Shown here: positions 11,201-25,400 of the stretch, in pieces
How the letters are laid out: each line of letters opens with the position of its first letter
Position numbering within the stretch: the first letter of the stretch is position 1
Source: Bispira polyomma
Taxonomy: Eukaryota
Assembly (NCBI GenBank): GCA_965649765.1
Contig: OZ287757.1
Coordinates: 54,250,001-54,314,000, forward strand
DNA: 64,000 nt
Reading direction: 5' to 3'
Made by a program: the position numbers and the translations under genes
The notes under the pieces: generated by a model
Told to the model about the DNA's origin: nothing
Database searches by the model: none
Seen by the model: only the letters and a program-made list of their open reading frames with translations

Positions 11201-14200
11201 TTTTGCTCCACATAAAAGGGACATCGAGTTAACAGGGTTTTACTTAAAGGGGTTCAATTGTATATGCAGACTGCTTAAAGTAATCGTTGCATGAAATCGG
11301 TCCCATCGTATGGGTCGGTTTCTATAGAGCTGAACATGGTGTCAATATACCACTGTAAAGCTTATGGGGCGGTGACACTGGGTACATTCAGGTTTGTTTA
11401 GTTTTATATTATAGGAAATGTAAGCAAACTAGAAATAAAGTGAAATTTTGGAAAATGTATCCTACAAATTAATGTATGATGTATGAGACGTTTTAACCTG
11501 TAACCTTGTAATCTATATGGCCGGTAATATTTTAAAGAGGCCCTTTCTACTGTACAGGTTAAATAAAGTGGAACCCTGTTAAATAGAACCTGAAGGGACC
11601 ATAAAACAGATATTCTACTTAACAGTAAATTTTAATTATAAATACAGCAGTGGGACTTTAAAATAACTTCTACTTAACAGGTAATTCTGCTTATCAGAGT
11701 TTTACTTAAAGGGGTGTTTGCCTGTATTGCTTTACAATATAAATGATTTTTAAACGGTCGCTGTCCTAACTTAGGAATGGTCTTTTTATAGAGCACATTT
11801 TCATAGGAAAATTTACTGGAGAATTTTATGTGGGTTTTACGTGGAAGTGGTCCTCAAGTTGGAGTGGCCTTTAGGTGGGGAGTGGCCTTTAGGTGGGGAG
11901 TGGCCTTTAGGTGGCAGTGGCCTCTAGGTGGGGAGTGGCCTCTAGGTGGGGAGTGGCCTCTAGGTGGGGAGTGGCCTCTAGGTGGGGAGTGGCCTCTAGG
12001 TGGGGAGTGGCCTCCAGGTGGGGAGTGGCCTCCAGGTGGGGAGTGGCCTCCAGGTGGGGAGTGGCCTCCAGGTGGGGAGTGGCCTCCAGGTGGGGAGTGG
12101 CCTCCAGGTGGGGAGTGGCCTCCAGGTGGGGAGTGGCCTCCAGGTGGGGAGTGGTCTCCTTGAAAGTAGTCGCTAGTACAGGTTTGACTGTAAGTGTATA
12201 TAGTGAGAAAGGCTGGCAGTAAACGTCCCAATGTTATCGACTATATTCTCAGTTAAACTTAAATATCACTACAGAAACACTTGGACTTGAGAGATAACTT
12301 CAAACCTATCTCTTCGAACTCCCTTTATTGGCACCCACCCCCTTTAGTTCCTCCCTGTACACCCTCATATCCTTTGTTGCCACCTTGCCTTTGTTTTCTG
12401 TGGACTTAGTGGTTAATTGGATTTGTTGTGCTATAGGGAATAGCTCGCACCATTAAGGCACATTAAAAATCTAAAATACAATAGAATCTAAAATACAATA
12501 AAATCTTGGAAAACCTACCAGCTATCCCAATACCAATAACCTCACTTTTAGCATCTGGAGTGAAAGGTGTGTGCTAGTCTCGGGAGAAATTATATGCTGT
12601 GTGTAAATGTTTGATATCATCAGACCTAGACTTCACTATAAACTCTAAATCACCTCGCCCCCTAGTTCAGTCTAAGACAGCTGTTGTTAAGCAATGTTAA
12701 CAACCCCCAAAATAAATTCCACCAAGTTCTACCTTGCCTGCTTTCTTTCACCAAGGAGTTGACCCTGGACAGTTAATCAACCGAGCGACTGCAGAGACGA
12801 GAGACGTTCCTTTGGCGGCAGAGACGCAGTACTCGTCCGCCCGTCAGGGGAGGGCAGCAGCAGACAGGAACCAGAACCTCTTCCACATAGAGATGTTGTT
12901 ATTGGTAGACTACTCGGTGTACTCATTGTAAGTACTCGGTGTACTCATTGTAAGTACTCGATGTACTCATTGTAAGTACTCGATGTACTCATTGTAAGTA
13001 CTCTGTGTACTCATTGTAAGTACTCGGTGTACTCGTAAGTAGTCAGTGTACTCGTAACAGGGCTAACACTGATCCCATAACATTACATTTGTTTGGATAA
13101 TAGAAGTTCTCAAGTGTGTCAACATTCTTTTATAGTTTACCTATCATTATAATTATCAAACTTTTTTTAGAACCTATTTTCTATTGTATAAAATTGTAAG
13201 GCCCAAGAGTGGCCGCAGGTGGCAAAGTGGTTAGAAGCACCTGCTTAATTATCATTGGTGTGTTCGAAATCCCATTCATTCCTTCATGTGGGGAAGTTTG
13301 TCGGGTGGTTCTGGTTTACAAGTACTCCAGGTGACAAGTTTGTCAGGTCCATGGTTTACAAGTGATTAAGTACCACGTTTTCTCTGCTATAGGTTAACTT
13401 GAGTTAAGGCAGCTAAATTAAAAAAAATATTCAGAATCCAAAAAAATAATTGATAAAACCTAGTACCAAAAAGTAACTTGTAAATCGTCTTAGTTTTTAA
13501 CTTTTAAAACTCAGCTGGTCAGATGCTTACATGTGCTTAAGCACCGGCCTTACTTTTCTATTGAATTGGGCTGTCGTGATATGGACATGAGCCTGTTATA
13601 AGCAACCTCACAAACATCTCACTAAATCTTAAGGTGCTGAATTAAAAAAATATTCAGAATCGAAAGAAATCATAATTGGTGAAAAACTAGTAACAAACAA
13701 GTACCTTGTAAAAGGATTTTGTTTTTACCTTTCAAAACTCAGCTGGATGAATGAAGTCAACCAAGTTGAAGCAGATGCTAAAGAAGAAATTCTTTATTTC
13801 TACGTCCACATATTCAACGCGGTGAGTGACTTGCTATTTAAATGAATTTGTTAATGGATCGTGTAATATCCATTTATCTGTGCATTAACCACTCGGGTTT
13901 TCCAGAGTCTCACTTTCAGCTCCACTATCAGTGTGCTGGACTATTAATCTCAAGATCAGCAAGAGTTACGGTTCGAATCCAAGCAGAACCAAGTTTCTTT
14001 AGTTGTTTACAATGGTAAAAAGATCGCACAGTTTGACAGGGCGATATGCTTCTGTAATGGCCCACTATTTAACAATAGTTACAAGAATTCTGCAATATTG
14101 TAAAAGAGATTTTTCAGAAAATGATCTATTCCAATTTTGTATTTGGTAATATGTTGTCTTGAAAAAAGGATATATATTGGGATATATAGAGTTCTTAATA

Positions 14201-16461
14201 TATTGTTACTCTTAATGTGTTTACTTCTATGCCATATTTTTTTAGAAGGCACAGCCTGATACTGTTTTCATTTTGTGAAAAGTGCGCCGCCAATTAAGAA
14301 ATAATATGGAAGGCCTTCATGGATTGGTCTCACAATCGACTGGTCAAAATTGAGAGGGTGTCCAATTATTAAACGTTGATGTGGCAAATTTACATACTCG
14401 GGCAAACCCATCAGTTGTGCCTGTCTTTTTTTTTTTGAAAGACTACCCTTGTTTTTTTGTATTTTAGATGTACATGGCCTACAGAAACATTGACCCTGCA
14501 AAAATGACCATTGTCCTGTGGTTAACTGAAATTCACATCATTAACGTAAGTATTTTAGTTTTTAGTCAGTTTGTAAATTTTAGTGGACATATGTGGCTGT
14601 AATACCCGTGTATGATCGGTGCGTTTAACACTTGGGCATCCGGGGTTATCCCTGTAACTCAACTGTTAGGGCATGCAACTATTCATCCTAAGATCCGCAA
14701 GAGCCACGGTTTGAATACCAACAAAAGCAGGTTCTTTATAAGTTTGTGTGAATGAGAGGAGTTGTAGTTTCTGTCCCTTGCAATTGACAGATGAGTAAAA
14801 ATTATTATAATAATAAGAAATTTTAAAAGAAATTGGTATAACTACTTTTTTATTACTTGGGCAATTAAGGTAAAGACACTTTGTATAGATGAAAAGCATG
14901 TTGCTACGACTACATAAATCTATCTTTTTGTTTCAAAGTGACGTACAAGCCCACATTAATAGGGTAAATGTATTAAGCTTGAAGTTGTATCAAAATACTG
15001 TTACATGTCATAACAAGAATTGTATTGTATTAGGGATTTTGTTCATGTCAGGCACCTTAAGCACCACAACAGAATCGGTTAATAATCAAACAAAATATCC
15101 AAATAAAATAGCCAAGGTTGTAGGGAAGCATGTTTGGGGCGGGGGTACAGGTAAGAAACTCGGGAGTAAGCATGTTTAAAGAGATGGGTTTGAAGCCTTT
15201 CTGCTAAAACCAGAAAGTGTTTCAGGTGACCTTAAGCTGAACTGGGAGACATTTCCACAACATAGGGGCAGCAATAAGGCTCTAGATCCAACCCTGTTGT
15301 GCTCCTTAAAGCACATGTATTGTGGCCTAGACAATGTGCTCCTACCGTTACGGCGTCCATAGTCAGTACTGTATGACTGTGTTTTGACAGGAAGCATCCA
15401 AAGAGGTTGCTAAAGCCAGTCCTGCCAACACCACCTCGATTTTTGAAAGGGTTGACGACTACCTGGCAACAGAACAACTTAATTTTACATATACAGATAA
15501 CGTGCAGCTGTGGACCAAGTAAGAGGATTTTTATTTTAATGGTCAGGTGTAAATCTTGTAATAAAAAAGATGGTTATACTGAGTGAAATATATGGCCAAA
15601 TATTCCCACAATCAAATGTATTATTGGATGCCAAGTGGTGCTAGAGTGTGTAATTTGAATATTCCAAAACAGTTCAAGTCATACTCTTTGTCATGTCATT
15701 TTGTCTGATCAGCATGTACATATCATTGGCCTACTGTTAAGCATCCACATAGTCTGTGGGTAGTGTACTTGTTTTTGGCTAGATGGCCATCATTGCCTGC
15801 CTTGGCAGAAATTATAGTAATCTACATGTACCCAATTTCTTCAGGCAGGATTTGTGGACTCAGAATCTAACAACAGACACAGTGTTAAACGTAGACGTAC
15901 TTGGTGTTGCGTATGTATGCGGCTTGTGCTGGGTCAATGTCAGCATCTCACTAAACGAGGACCATGGACACTACTCTTGGGTGACGGGCGCTCACGAACT
16001 CGGACACAAGTAAGTACATGGCTCTTTATACAGGCGCTTCACACCAAAGGGGTTATTTAAAGTAGATATGTTACAGGGAATATGTGTAATCAGGGAATAC
16101 GCGTATACTTTGTTTTGGTCGGGGAATACGTGTACATTGACCGAAACAGTTAAAAGCAACGTCGAACCCAAATTGAAATGAACGTAAACCAAATATCTAC
16201 AAGCTTGGTTATAATCAATGTCACGGGGCCGCGGTGGCCTAGTGGTTAGCAAGCATTGCGCTTCACAATCGCTGGTCTCTCACCTTTGGTTAGTGAGTTC
16301 GAATCCGGTTGATGCCTATGTATGAAAGGTAGTAGTTCCTTACTGTGGACCGCTGGTTTCAGTGCAGAATCTTGATCAACTGTATGCAGCGTTTCCTCCA
16401 GCGTTTCCAACTACCTGTCCCAATATAACCTTAACAGGTACTAGAGTGGACGTTAAAAATA

Positions 16462-16492
<31 letters not shown>

Positions 16493-19400
16493 TCAAGGTC
16501 AAAGCAATCGCTCTGTGGGTATGGTTATCAGTTTACAAAAGTCAGTAATAAAACACTTTACTGGATTGCCACTGGTACTAAGATACAGGAAAATAAAACA
16601 GTGAGAAAAATGGATAATCGTATCCATAAGATATAAGCATTGACATAATCGTGCTATCTTATGGATAGAGGGGGGTGGGGGTGTGTGTATATTGGAAAGA
16701 TGTAGGTAACCATGGTTATTTATGCCATTCCTGTAGATAGGGTAATGTCTGAACTTGCAAGGATTTTAGCTTTCATATTTGGCATCCATATGGTGTCTGT
16801 TTCAGTGACGGTCCATTTTTAATTTGGTGTTAATATACCTAAAAATAAGTGAGAAACAGCAATTTTCTTTTTGGGGATTGTAAGCTTTGATTAAATTGAA
16901 TCACATGATTTTCCGAGCATGCACAGTTGGTCACTCTTGGTTAATCAATACACAAAATGTTGCTAGAGCCTTCCAACGATAGATATTTTCTATGATGTTA
17001 CCGGAAACAGTTACTTCACTTGTCTGGGTTTGCAGTAAAAATACCACGAAAAAAACCATATATTTATTATATGTATCGGGTACACGTTTTCTGTGCCAAT
17101 AATATAAGATATTTTTTATTTTATTCAAATATCAAACATATATACGGCTACTTCTATTTTGGGGTAGCTCACTCTTGACAAAACGAGCCTTTGTAGGCGA
17201 GACGGGCTTGGCTGAAAATCTGCGGATTTTCTGACAAATGACGTCGGTGAAAGTTTTTTTTCTTAGAGATTTTCGGAAACGGCTGCAAAAGATGTCGTCT
17301 TTGAAAATAGAAGATAAAACTAAAACAATGACAATTGGATCCCAAAAATTAAAAAATTTATTACCACAATAATCACATAATTTCGTTTGTTTTAAACTTC
17401 TTATTTACTGATTTTGAAGTATATATATTGTGTACTTCGTTCTAGCTTGCCATAACGCCCGCATACAGTTGGTTATAAGCTTCAATGAATTGATGTCGCG
17501 AAAATATCCTGGTATATGGTGATAGTTTTCTTAATATTTTACTGCATAAAATGGTTCTATATCAATATTTTTGTATCACCAAAAAGCTATTTTATACTTT
17601 TCGACAGTCCAAACAGTTGCCAAATCCAATGAATATTATTTAATTTTTTTTAAGAAATCGTTGTTAAAATCTTAAGTTTTGACATAAATAGGCATTGATC
17701 AAATTATGATTTTTCTGTAAATACCTAAGCTAAAATTTTAAGATTTATATATCATCAAAAAGCAATTTATTCACTTATTTATGGTCCTCTTTACAGAATA
17801 AAATTTCATTGAATATCGACTGAGATAGTGTTCTTTTTATTATGCATACATATTTTACTGTGAATTTTATGTGGCAGTCAAAATTTTATTGTTACAGAAA
17901 TCTGTGTATACTGAACGATCCTTGACCCAGTCAAGCTGAGATCGGTTAGAAACTGATTAAACTTCAAAATATTTAGAAATTAAAACGTTAAAATGACAGT
18001 TTAATACTTCCAAATAAAGTCCGCGTCGTTATGGATGGATTGTATGCTTTAGCAAGACACTTGTTTAATGAAAAACTGAGAGCCGTGAGCGATAATTGAA
18101 GATCGATTTTTACTGATGGTTCGAGATGGTTCACTATTTGTGACTGGTTCACACTTTTTGGACTCGTCGGTAACATGCTGTCGTGGCATCATCATGGTAT
18201 GGCCGCTTTGACAGGGATGGCCAAACTTTTAATTGCCTACATCTCCCTTATTATTGGTTGTAGAGGTTTGGGATGTGAAACCAACCCATAGGAAATCATG
18301 GGCTGGTAATCTTTTGCTGTGGTCAGATTTGACCTTGGAACCCTTATGCAAGGTCAAACAGGTGGGCCACACTTTAAAAGTGCCTATCTTACACTTATTA
18401 TTGGTGACACAGGTTTGCAATTTGAAACCCACTTGTACCATTTTAGGCTTTAGCATGAATGCCCTGTAGGAAATCATAGGCTTCTAGCTTGGGTGCTAGC
18501 TACCGAGGGTGCTTTGTCTTTCTGGTGGATGCAAATATGCATCGATGGGTTAGGTGTAGTTTTCTTTAGGCATAGTAAAAATTTATGGGATAACTTTTAA
18601 TAATAGCTTAATAATTTTGTAATAATGAAAATAATGAAACTGATTTAAACAATATGAAGTTTTATTTGGTTTTGAGATAGATAAAAAATTAAATTTGTTC
18701 TTCTAATTATTGTAAAAATCTTAATTTTACTGAGTATATGGTATATATATAAGTGCCTCCATCTGTTTTTTTGTACCTTCATCTTCTGTAATTATACCTT
18801 TATTTTTGGTGCATGTGCAGGGTTTTTGTATGTGGCCCCCTTATTGTTAGCACTATATTGTACCTCTTTCATATGTACCCCCCTCTATATTTTTGGTACT
18901 TCTTTGTACCTCCAGTCTTGGTAGCCAACACGATGAGAATGAATGCATTAACCCAAACAAGTACATCATGTCATCGAATCAGTCACAAGTAAACGAGGAT
19001 ATCACCAAGACAGCATTCAGCTTCTCTGGTAAAGTAACATTTAGTACTATTGCATTTACGACACATTTATACCAATTTACTCCCGATCATTCGAACTTGG
19101 CTGATCGGCAGAGAATGGGTCATCAATACTGGATAGCATATTATTCACCAGATCATGCCCAGGACACCATACTTTTGGCTTTGTGTATACAGGGCTAACA
19201 CCAGCTAGAACTACCAATAGTGATAGTGACTCATTAGAAGCAATGAAAGCAACGTTAGACAATGTCATTGCATTAATATGGAGTACCAACATTAGCACCA
19301 AGTCCTCTAACAGGGTTGATGTTTCACAAAATATCCTCATTTTAATTTTTGGTACTCTTAAACAAAGGTTTGGTAGTCCAGCCTAAATATATAGTCAATG

Positions 19401-22400
19401 TATTAGTGTGACATGTTGTACATGGTGCAAGCGTGACTCTGAAAGTAATCTTATTCCACTGAATAATTTTGTCGGTCATCATTACTTGAATTGTTGATCA
19501 GTATTAAAATACTAATGTATGTGTCTACCTAAATATAAGGATGCAATGTTAAAAAATTTATCAGTTTCGAATGAGCGAGCAAAAATGAGACCTGTCTTTA
19601 CTTCTTTGTACATAAACATTACATTTGCAGTGTTAGTTGAAGTTAAGATAAAAATTTGCAAATATATTTAAAATTTAATGAAGTAGTCTGTCGGACTACC
19701 TTTTGGAATGGTTTTGGTTGTCCATTTTCATTTTTACTTGACTAAGATATACGTAGACCCCTGTCTAAAGTGTTTAGTCTCGAAAAAGGGACTAACAGTA
19801 AACCACGAGAACAAGGTTATATCACCAAGAGAATCATCTGGCCAGAGAATCAGGTGGCTAGTTTTAAGAGATAGGTCTTACATATTACTTCTGTATAGCG
19901 TGAGATCAGATTGGGAGCGAACATTGACTAGTAACTTCTGCCATTCCGAGCAGTAGCTATAAAAATATCTTATCCCACTTGTTTGGTTGGGAAGGGGGGG
20001 GGGGTGGGGGGAGGGGGGGATTGTTCCGATAGTCTAGTAGTTACTGGCCTCTGAACAATTGTATCCACCGAGGAGGTGGATGCTTTGGTTTAGCGTTGGC
20101 TACGCCGCCGCCGAGAAATTTTCAGTTAACATTCTCAGCGAAAAACTAGACCAGCTAGCTCAGCCAAATTTGCATGATATCTTCATTGGGATGTAAGCAC
20201 CTCTGCGACTGAAATTAGCCTTTTTCTGAAAAACAAGATGGCCGCCATGGGCATTTCTTTGAAAATTATCTATCTTTTTCTACTGGCTGGTTCTCGTAAC
20301 TAGAAGGTTGAATCTCTTCATAGGTGATATGTATAACAGATATATATGTCCTCTACAAGCATGCAGACATTTGACTTGGAAGCTCTTCATTCAAGGTCAT
20401 CCACGGAGTGCCAAAGTACCCCACATAGCAGACTTTAAAAGTGCCTATGTCTCTTATTATTGGTCCTAGAGATTTGGCATGTGAAGCCAACCTATAGGAA
20501 ATCATGGGTTGGGAGTCTTCCGATGCGGTCAGGTTTGACCTTGGGGGCCCCTCCAAGGTCAAACGAGGATAACGAAACCTAGAAGTGCTTAGAACTCGCT
20601 TATTATTGGTCCTAGAGGATTGCAATGTAAAACCAACTCATAGGTAATCATGGGCTAGGACTCTTCTGATGTGGTCAGAAAATCATGGTCGTAGAGGTTT
20701 GGGATGTGAAACCAACCTACAGGAAATCTTAGGCTGCTAATCTTTTGGTCACATTTAACCTTGCATCCCTTGTGCCAGGTCAAACGGGTACGCCAAACTT
20801 TGAAGTGCCTGTCAGACTTATTATTAGTCCCACAGGTTTGCAATGTCAAACCCACTTGTGCCATTTAAGGCTTTAGCATAAGTGCCCTATAGGAAATCAT
20901 AGGCTTCTAGCTGGGGTGCTAGCTAGAGTGCTTGCTACTGCGGGTGCTTTGTCTTTTTGGTGGATACAAACATGCATCGGTTCTCCGATGCGCTAGGTCT
21001 AGTTTAGGTTTGAATCTCATTCATTCATTTATATTAGACAGTTTGAGACCGATTAAATCCAGTTTTAGGCTCAACATTTTGTTTATACCATAACTATTGT
21101 ATTTTTTTTTTCAGATTGTTCGATAAACTATTTCAAAAGTTGCTTACTTGGCAAAGACAATACAGAGTAAGGAATGTCTTTCACTTGCTACTTGTCAGCG
21201 ATCTTGGCATTAGCAATCTTGGGCACCAGTCTAACCAAGTTGTCTGTACTAACAAACCCAGACACCAGTCTAACCAAGTTGACCCTACTACCAAACCCAG
21301 ACACCAGTCTAACCAAGTTGTCCCTACTAACAAACCCAGACACCAGTCTAACCAAGTTGTCTGTACTAACAAACCCAGACACCAGTCTAACCAAGTTGTC
21401 TGTACTAACAAACCCAGACACCAGTCTAACCAAGTTGTCCCTACTAACAAACCCAGACACCAGTCTAACAAAGTTGTCCCTACTAACAAACCCAGACACC
21501 AGTCTAACTTGTCTGTACTAACAAACCCAGACAGCAGTCCAAGTTGTCTCCACTGACAAAATCAGACACCAGTCTAACTTAGTCGTCCACACTTGTTAAT
21601 AAACTTGACACCAGTCTAACCAAGTACTCCCCTCTTTCGAATGCTGATAGATTGAGTTGTCTTCAACAGTATGTTATTTCATTCAGATGCAGCTGTTTGT
21701 AAGATTGTAAGGATATATAGGTAGTCAAGTGCACTTTCCATCTTCAAACGCCTCCATTGGCTACCAATTAAAAGAATTTTATTTAAAATTCCATCTGTAA
21801 ACTTTAAAAGCACTGCATGGATTGATTGCTGATTACCTTTTGCTGGCTTAATATCAGGGGAGATAATCTAGAGTATTCATGTAAAACAAAGGACAATTGA
21901 AAACCAGAACTCGTCTGTGTGACAGATCCTTTGCCATTGCGGCAAAAAAAATTGTCGAGCCAGTGGGCAGAAAACAGTACAGAAAACTGTTATTGCTTTG
22001 AAACCTTTTAAAATAACTATTTGATAATTTATACCAAGGGACAGTTAATTTTGCATTGCTTTTAATCATGTTTTATAGAAAATGCACTTTATATAAATCT
22101 GTCTACAGTGCTACAAATACAAAATAACTAGTGATGTCATTTGTGCTGTCCTATGGTCTAGTGGTTAGAGAAGGAGTTTGGTGATCTAGAAGTCCTAGGT
22201 TCGCCTCAACACTCAATGGCGCTTGGTTTATTGGTAGGATAACATCCTTGGGGAAAATGAGAACATATCATTGCCTACTGATGATGACCAAGGACATCTG
22301 ATTGGTTGATTAATTTGGTTGCTGCGCTTTGGAAAGATGCCCTCGCATTAATAAAGCGCATTAAAAATATCATTTTGCTGACCTCATATCAGTGCAGAAA

Positions 22401-25400
22401 CCATCTAGAATATTGAGTGAAAACACAGGACTGTTTTGCAGGTGAAAATTAGAGCTAACTTCAGTGACGGATTCTTGGCTGTTGTGGCCTCAAGATTGCG
22501 GAACTAGCTGCCAAAAAACCAGATTTGGTCTGGTGATCAGAAGTTTCTTGGTTTATTGGGGTATAACAGTATCCTTTGGCAGAGTTGGTCTGCAGGATAT
22601 ATATATATATATATATATATGTATGATTGATTCGGTTGTATCGCTTTAGAAGATGCCTTGCATCAATAAAGCACATTAAGAATTATCAATCTTTCAAAGT
22701 GCTGACTGGAAGTTACTGTTTTAGTGCTGTTGTGGTCCTGGAAATTATTGCCGCTGTGCCAAACCAAAATTTGTCGCCGTCTTTTTGGTGCTCTGTAATG
22801 GGACTAGAAATTACTAGTAAACGGCTGTGTAATTTGAGGTGTCTTTATTTCAGCTTTCATATTCCCGGCTGCAAAACTCCATGAAAGAGCCATAAAAGTG
22901 CCATAAAAGTTTGTTTCAATGGAGATTTCCTAACGCAAAATTTCCTATAGCGTATACATAACCCAAATTTTTTCCAAAAAATTCCACATTGGTTTTGCCA
23001 TAGAATTTTCCAGCCATTATTGCAAAGGCTGGAAAAAAAAGTGCCTCAAATTACACTCGTTTACTAGTTATTTTTCCAGTCGACATTACAGAGCACCAAA
23101 AAGAAGGCCACAAATTACGGTTTGGCACTCTGGCAACAATTGCTAGTCGGCACTTTAGAAGTCTCCCCCTCCGCCCCCAAAAACAAAAAAAAAAAAATGG
23201 CCTAAAACTACGCATCTATGGTGCAAAAGAAATAACTACAAAATTCCCTCCCCTTTTCCTTTCAGAACCTCCTTTCCCCGAGTTTGTACCTTCGATACTG
23301 TGTGTGAACATGGTCGACCTCTGAAAGGCGTGGATGACTTACCAGGTCAGAAGTACAGCCTCTCGGATCAGTGTGACCTGTTTGTAGAGCCAGAATCCAC
23401 CTACGATACACAAGATAAATGTGTAAGTATATATTGTAAACTTATAAAGACATTCTTGCATCTGCTGGGATTCTATCCAAGGTTGTTATGGATCTTGAGA
23501 TTATTAGTCCTGTGTTACTACACTAACAGTTGACATGAAGGGGAAACCTCCAGAAGCCTTGGTATTTAATGAACTGTTATACTCGGATATTACATGTCTC
23601 TTCTCAACAAAGACCTGTCCTCTGGTCTTTCACAACTACCCTAAACTCCCTCATAATAGCCCATGGGCTTTTAACTTAAATTTAAGGAAATGTAGGGGAT
23701 GGGCTCTAAAGAGAATGTGGTTGTATTGCGATAAATATCCTTACCTTATCCTCACTAAGTGCTTTTATTCATTTTGAATAATTGCTCGATCAAACAAGTC
23801 TTTTTTATAAAGACTATTCTTGTTAATTTTACTATCAACCGACAAAGAGGAATGCGCATGCGCAGGAAGTGTTGTCACTTCTGTTAGTGCTTGCACGCCT
23901 CAGATTCATTTTGGTCGTCCGACAGATCAGACCTCCTTTTTGCTCGGCCAAGCGAAGAAAGATGACCCTCTCCAACAAATACTAGCTGAGCTAGGTAAAT
24001 TGTCAGAACGTCTGGAGAAAGTAGAAGATAGAGGCAGAGCCTCAAAAACCAGTACTTTCGGGAGAAGTTATGATTCTGAAAAAGAATATCATGCTTCTAG
24101 GCGTAGACGGAAGAGATCTGAGTCACCCATGGATGGTGACCAGACAACTGACCAGGCTGACCACGTGGCAGAGAAAGACGACCCCTCATAGAAACACAAC
24201 AGAACCCAGCACCAAACCTGCCAAAATCTTTGGGAACAGGGATAGAAGTAAAAAATCGCCAGTACTTCCCCTCACTCTGCCTCCAGTTGACGAAGTTGTG
24301 TCTCGCTGGAAATTTTACGAAGATCTGGCTGCGGGACGTCCCGATCCCAAAAGCACTAAAGTTATCGATTCAACACCCATCAACAAAGGCAGTTTTATTA
24401 ACTACTCGAGACCAGCCATGAGGTTCTACAGATCGACCTCTAATGCATTTTCGCTCACAGCGCCGAAGTGCCAGGACGCCTTCAAATGCATCATGGCGAA
24501 AAACCCCATACAGCCAATGTGCAAATTCCAATGAAGCAGGTCGTCCTGATGGAAACAGTGCTGAGGGAAAACGTTCAGGTACTGAGTTACGTTTCCCATT
24601 TTATAAGGGCTTTGGACAAGACTCCCTTAGAATCTGACGCTAACTTACTAGCTTTGGCTGATCTAGTGAAGGAAGATGAGGCCACCAGACTTACTATAAA
24701 AGTGGGCGATAGTGTTAAAATCGCTGGAGCTATCCTTGGGTCGGTAGACAAAGCACTGGAGACAACAGTGGATACGTCCATCGCCCTAGCCTGCAACCTT
24801 CAACTAGCTTGTAGGGACTCAATATTAAAGACTTGCTGTTCGCCCATTGACGAACATGATACCAATAGACTCATGAGGAAAGGTTTCCTAACATCTGACC
24901 TCTTTAACCCTACCACGTTAAACAAAATCGAGAAGAAGCAGGCTAAAGCCAGATATAAACAACCTTCTCCAAAAAGACCCAGGTATTCAGATTCTAAGTC
25001 AGCACACAAGCAGACTTACCAGGCCACTTATCACAGTAGGAATACTACCTTCAAGCCCAACCAGAATTGGTCGAAAGGGCGTGGGACCGACTTCAAGAAG
25101 TCCTCCAGTTACCAGGGCCAGACCAACAGCACACGTGGTGGGAGAGGCAGTGGGCGGCGTACGTGACAATCAAAGATCTGGTGGGGCCGCTTAGCAGACT
25201 ACTGGCAGGTATGGGAAAAATTAAAGTGCCATCCTTGAGTTGTGCAAATTCTGAGATACGGGTAGCAAATATTGCCGGAAATCAGAGTGTCGTTAACCAG
25301 ACATCCGGGTGTTTTGAGCGGTTACAAAGACAAAGAAAAGCAGGCATTTCTCAAAGAATGTGTAGCCCAAATGCTAGAAAAACAAGCGATTTGCAAGGTA

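Noticed and set aside
11828-12231. ORFs with GGEWPP / WGVASR / GHSPP repeats
   Set aside because: They are translations of the 18-bp intronic minisatellite, open in several frames, with no splice sites that fit the gene model.
16225-16310. tRNA gene
   Set aside because: The A and B boxes belong to a SINE head followed by a shared body, tail and TSD; no full cloverleaf.
21116-21556. Four overlapping repetitive ORFs
   Set aside because: Produced by the 39-bp minisatellite; the real exon (21115-21166) is in another frame.
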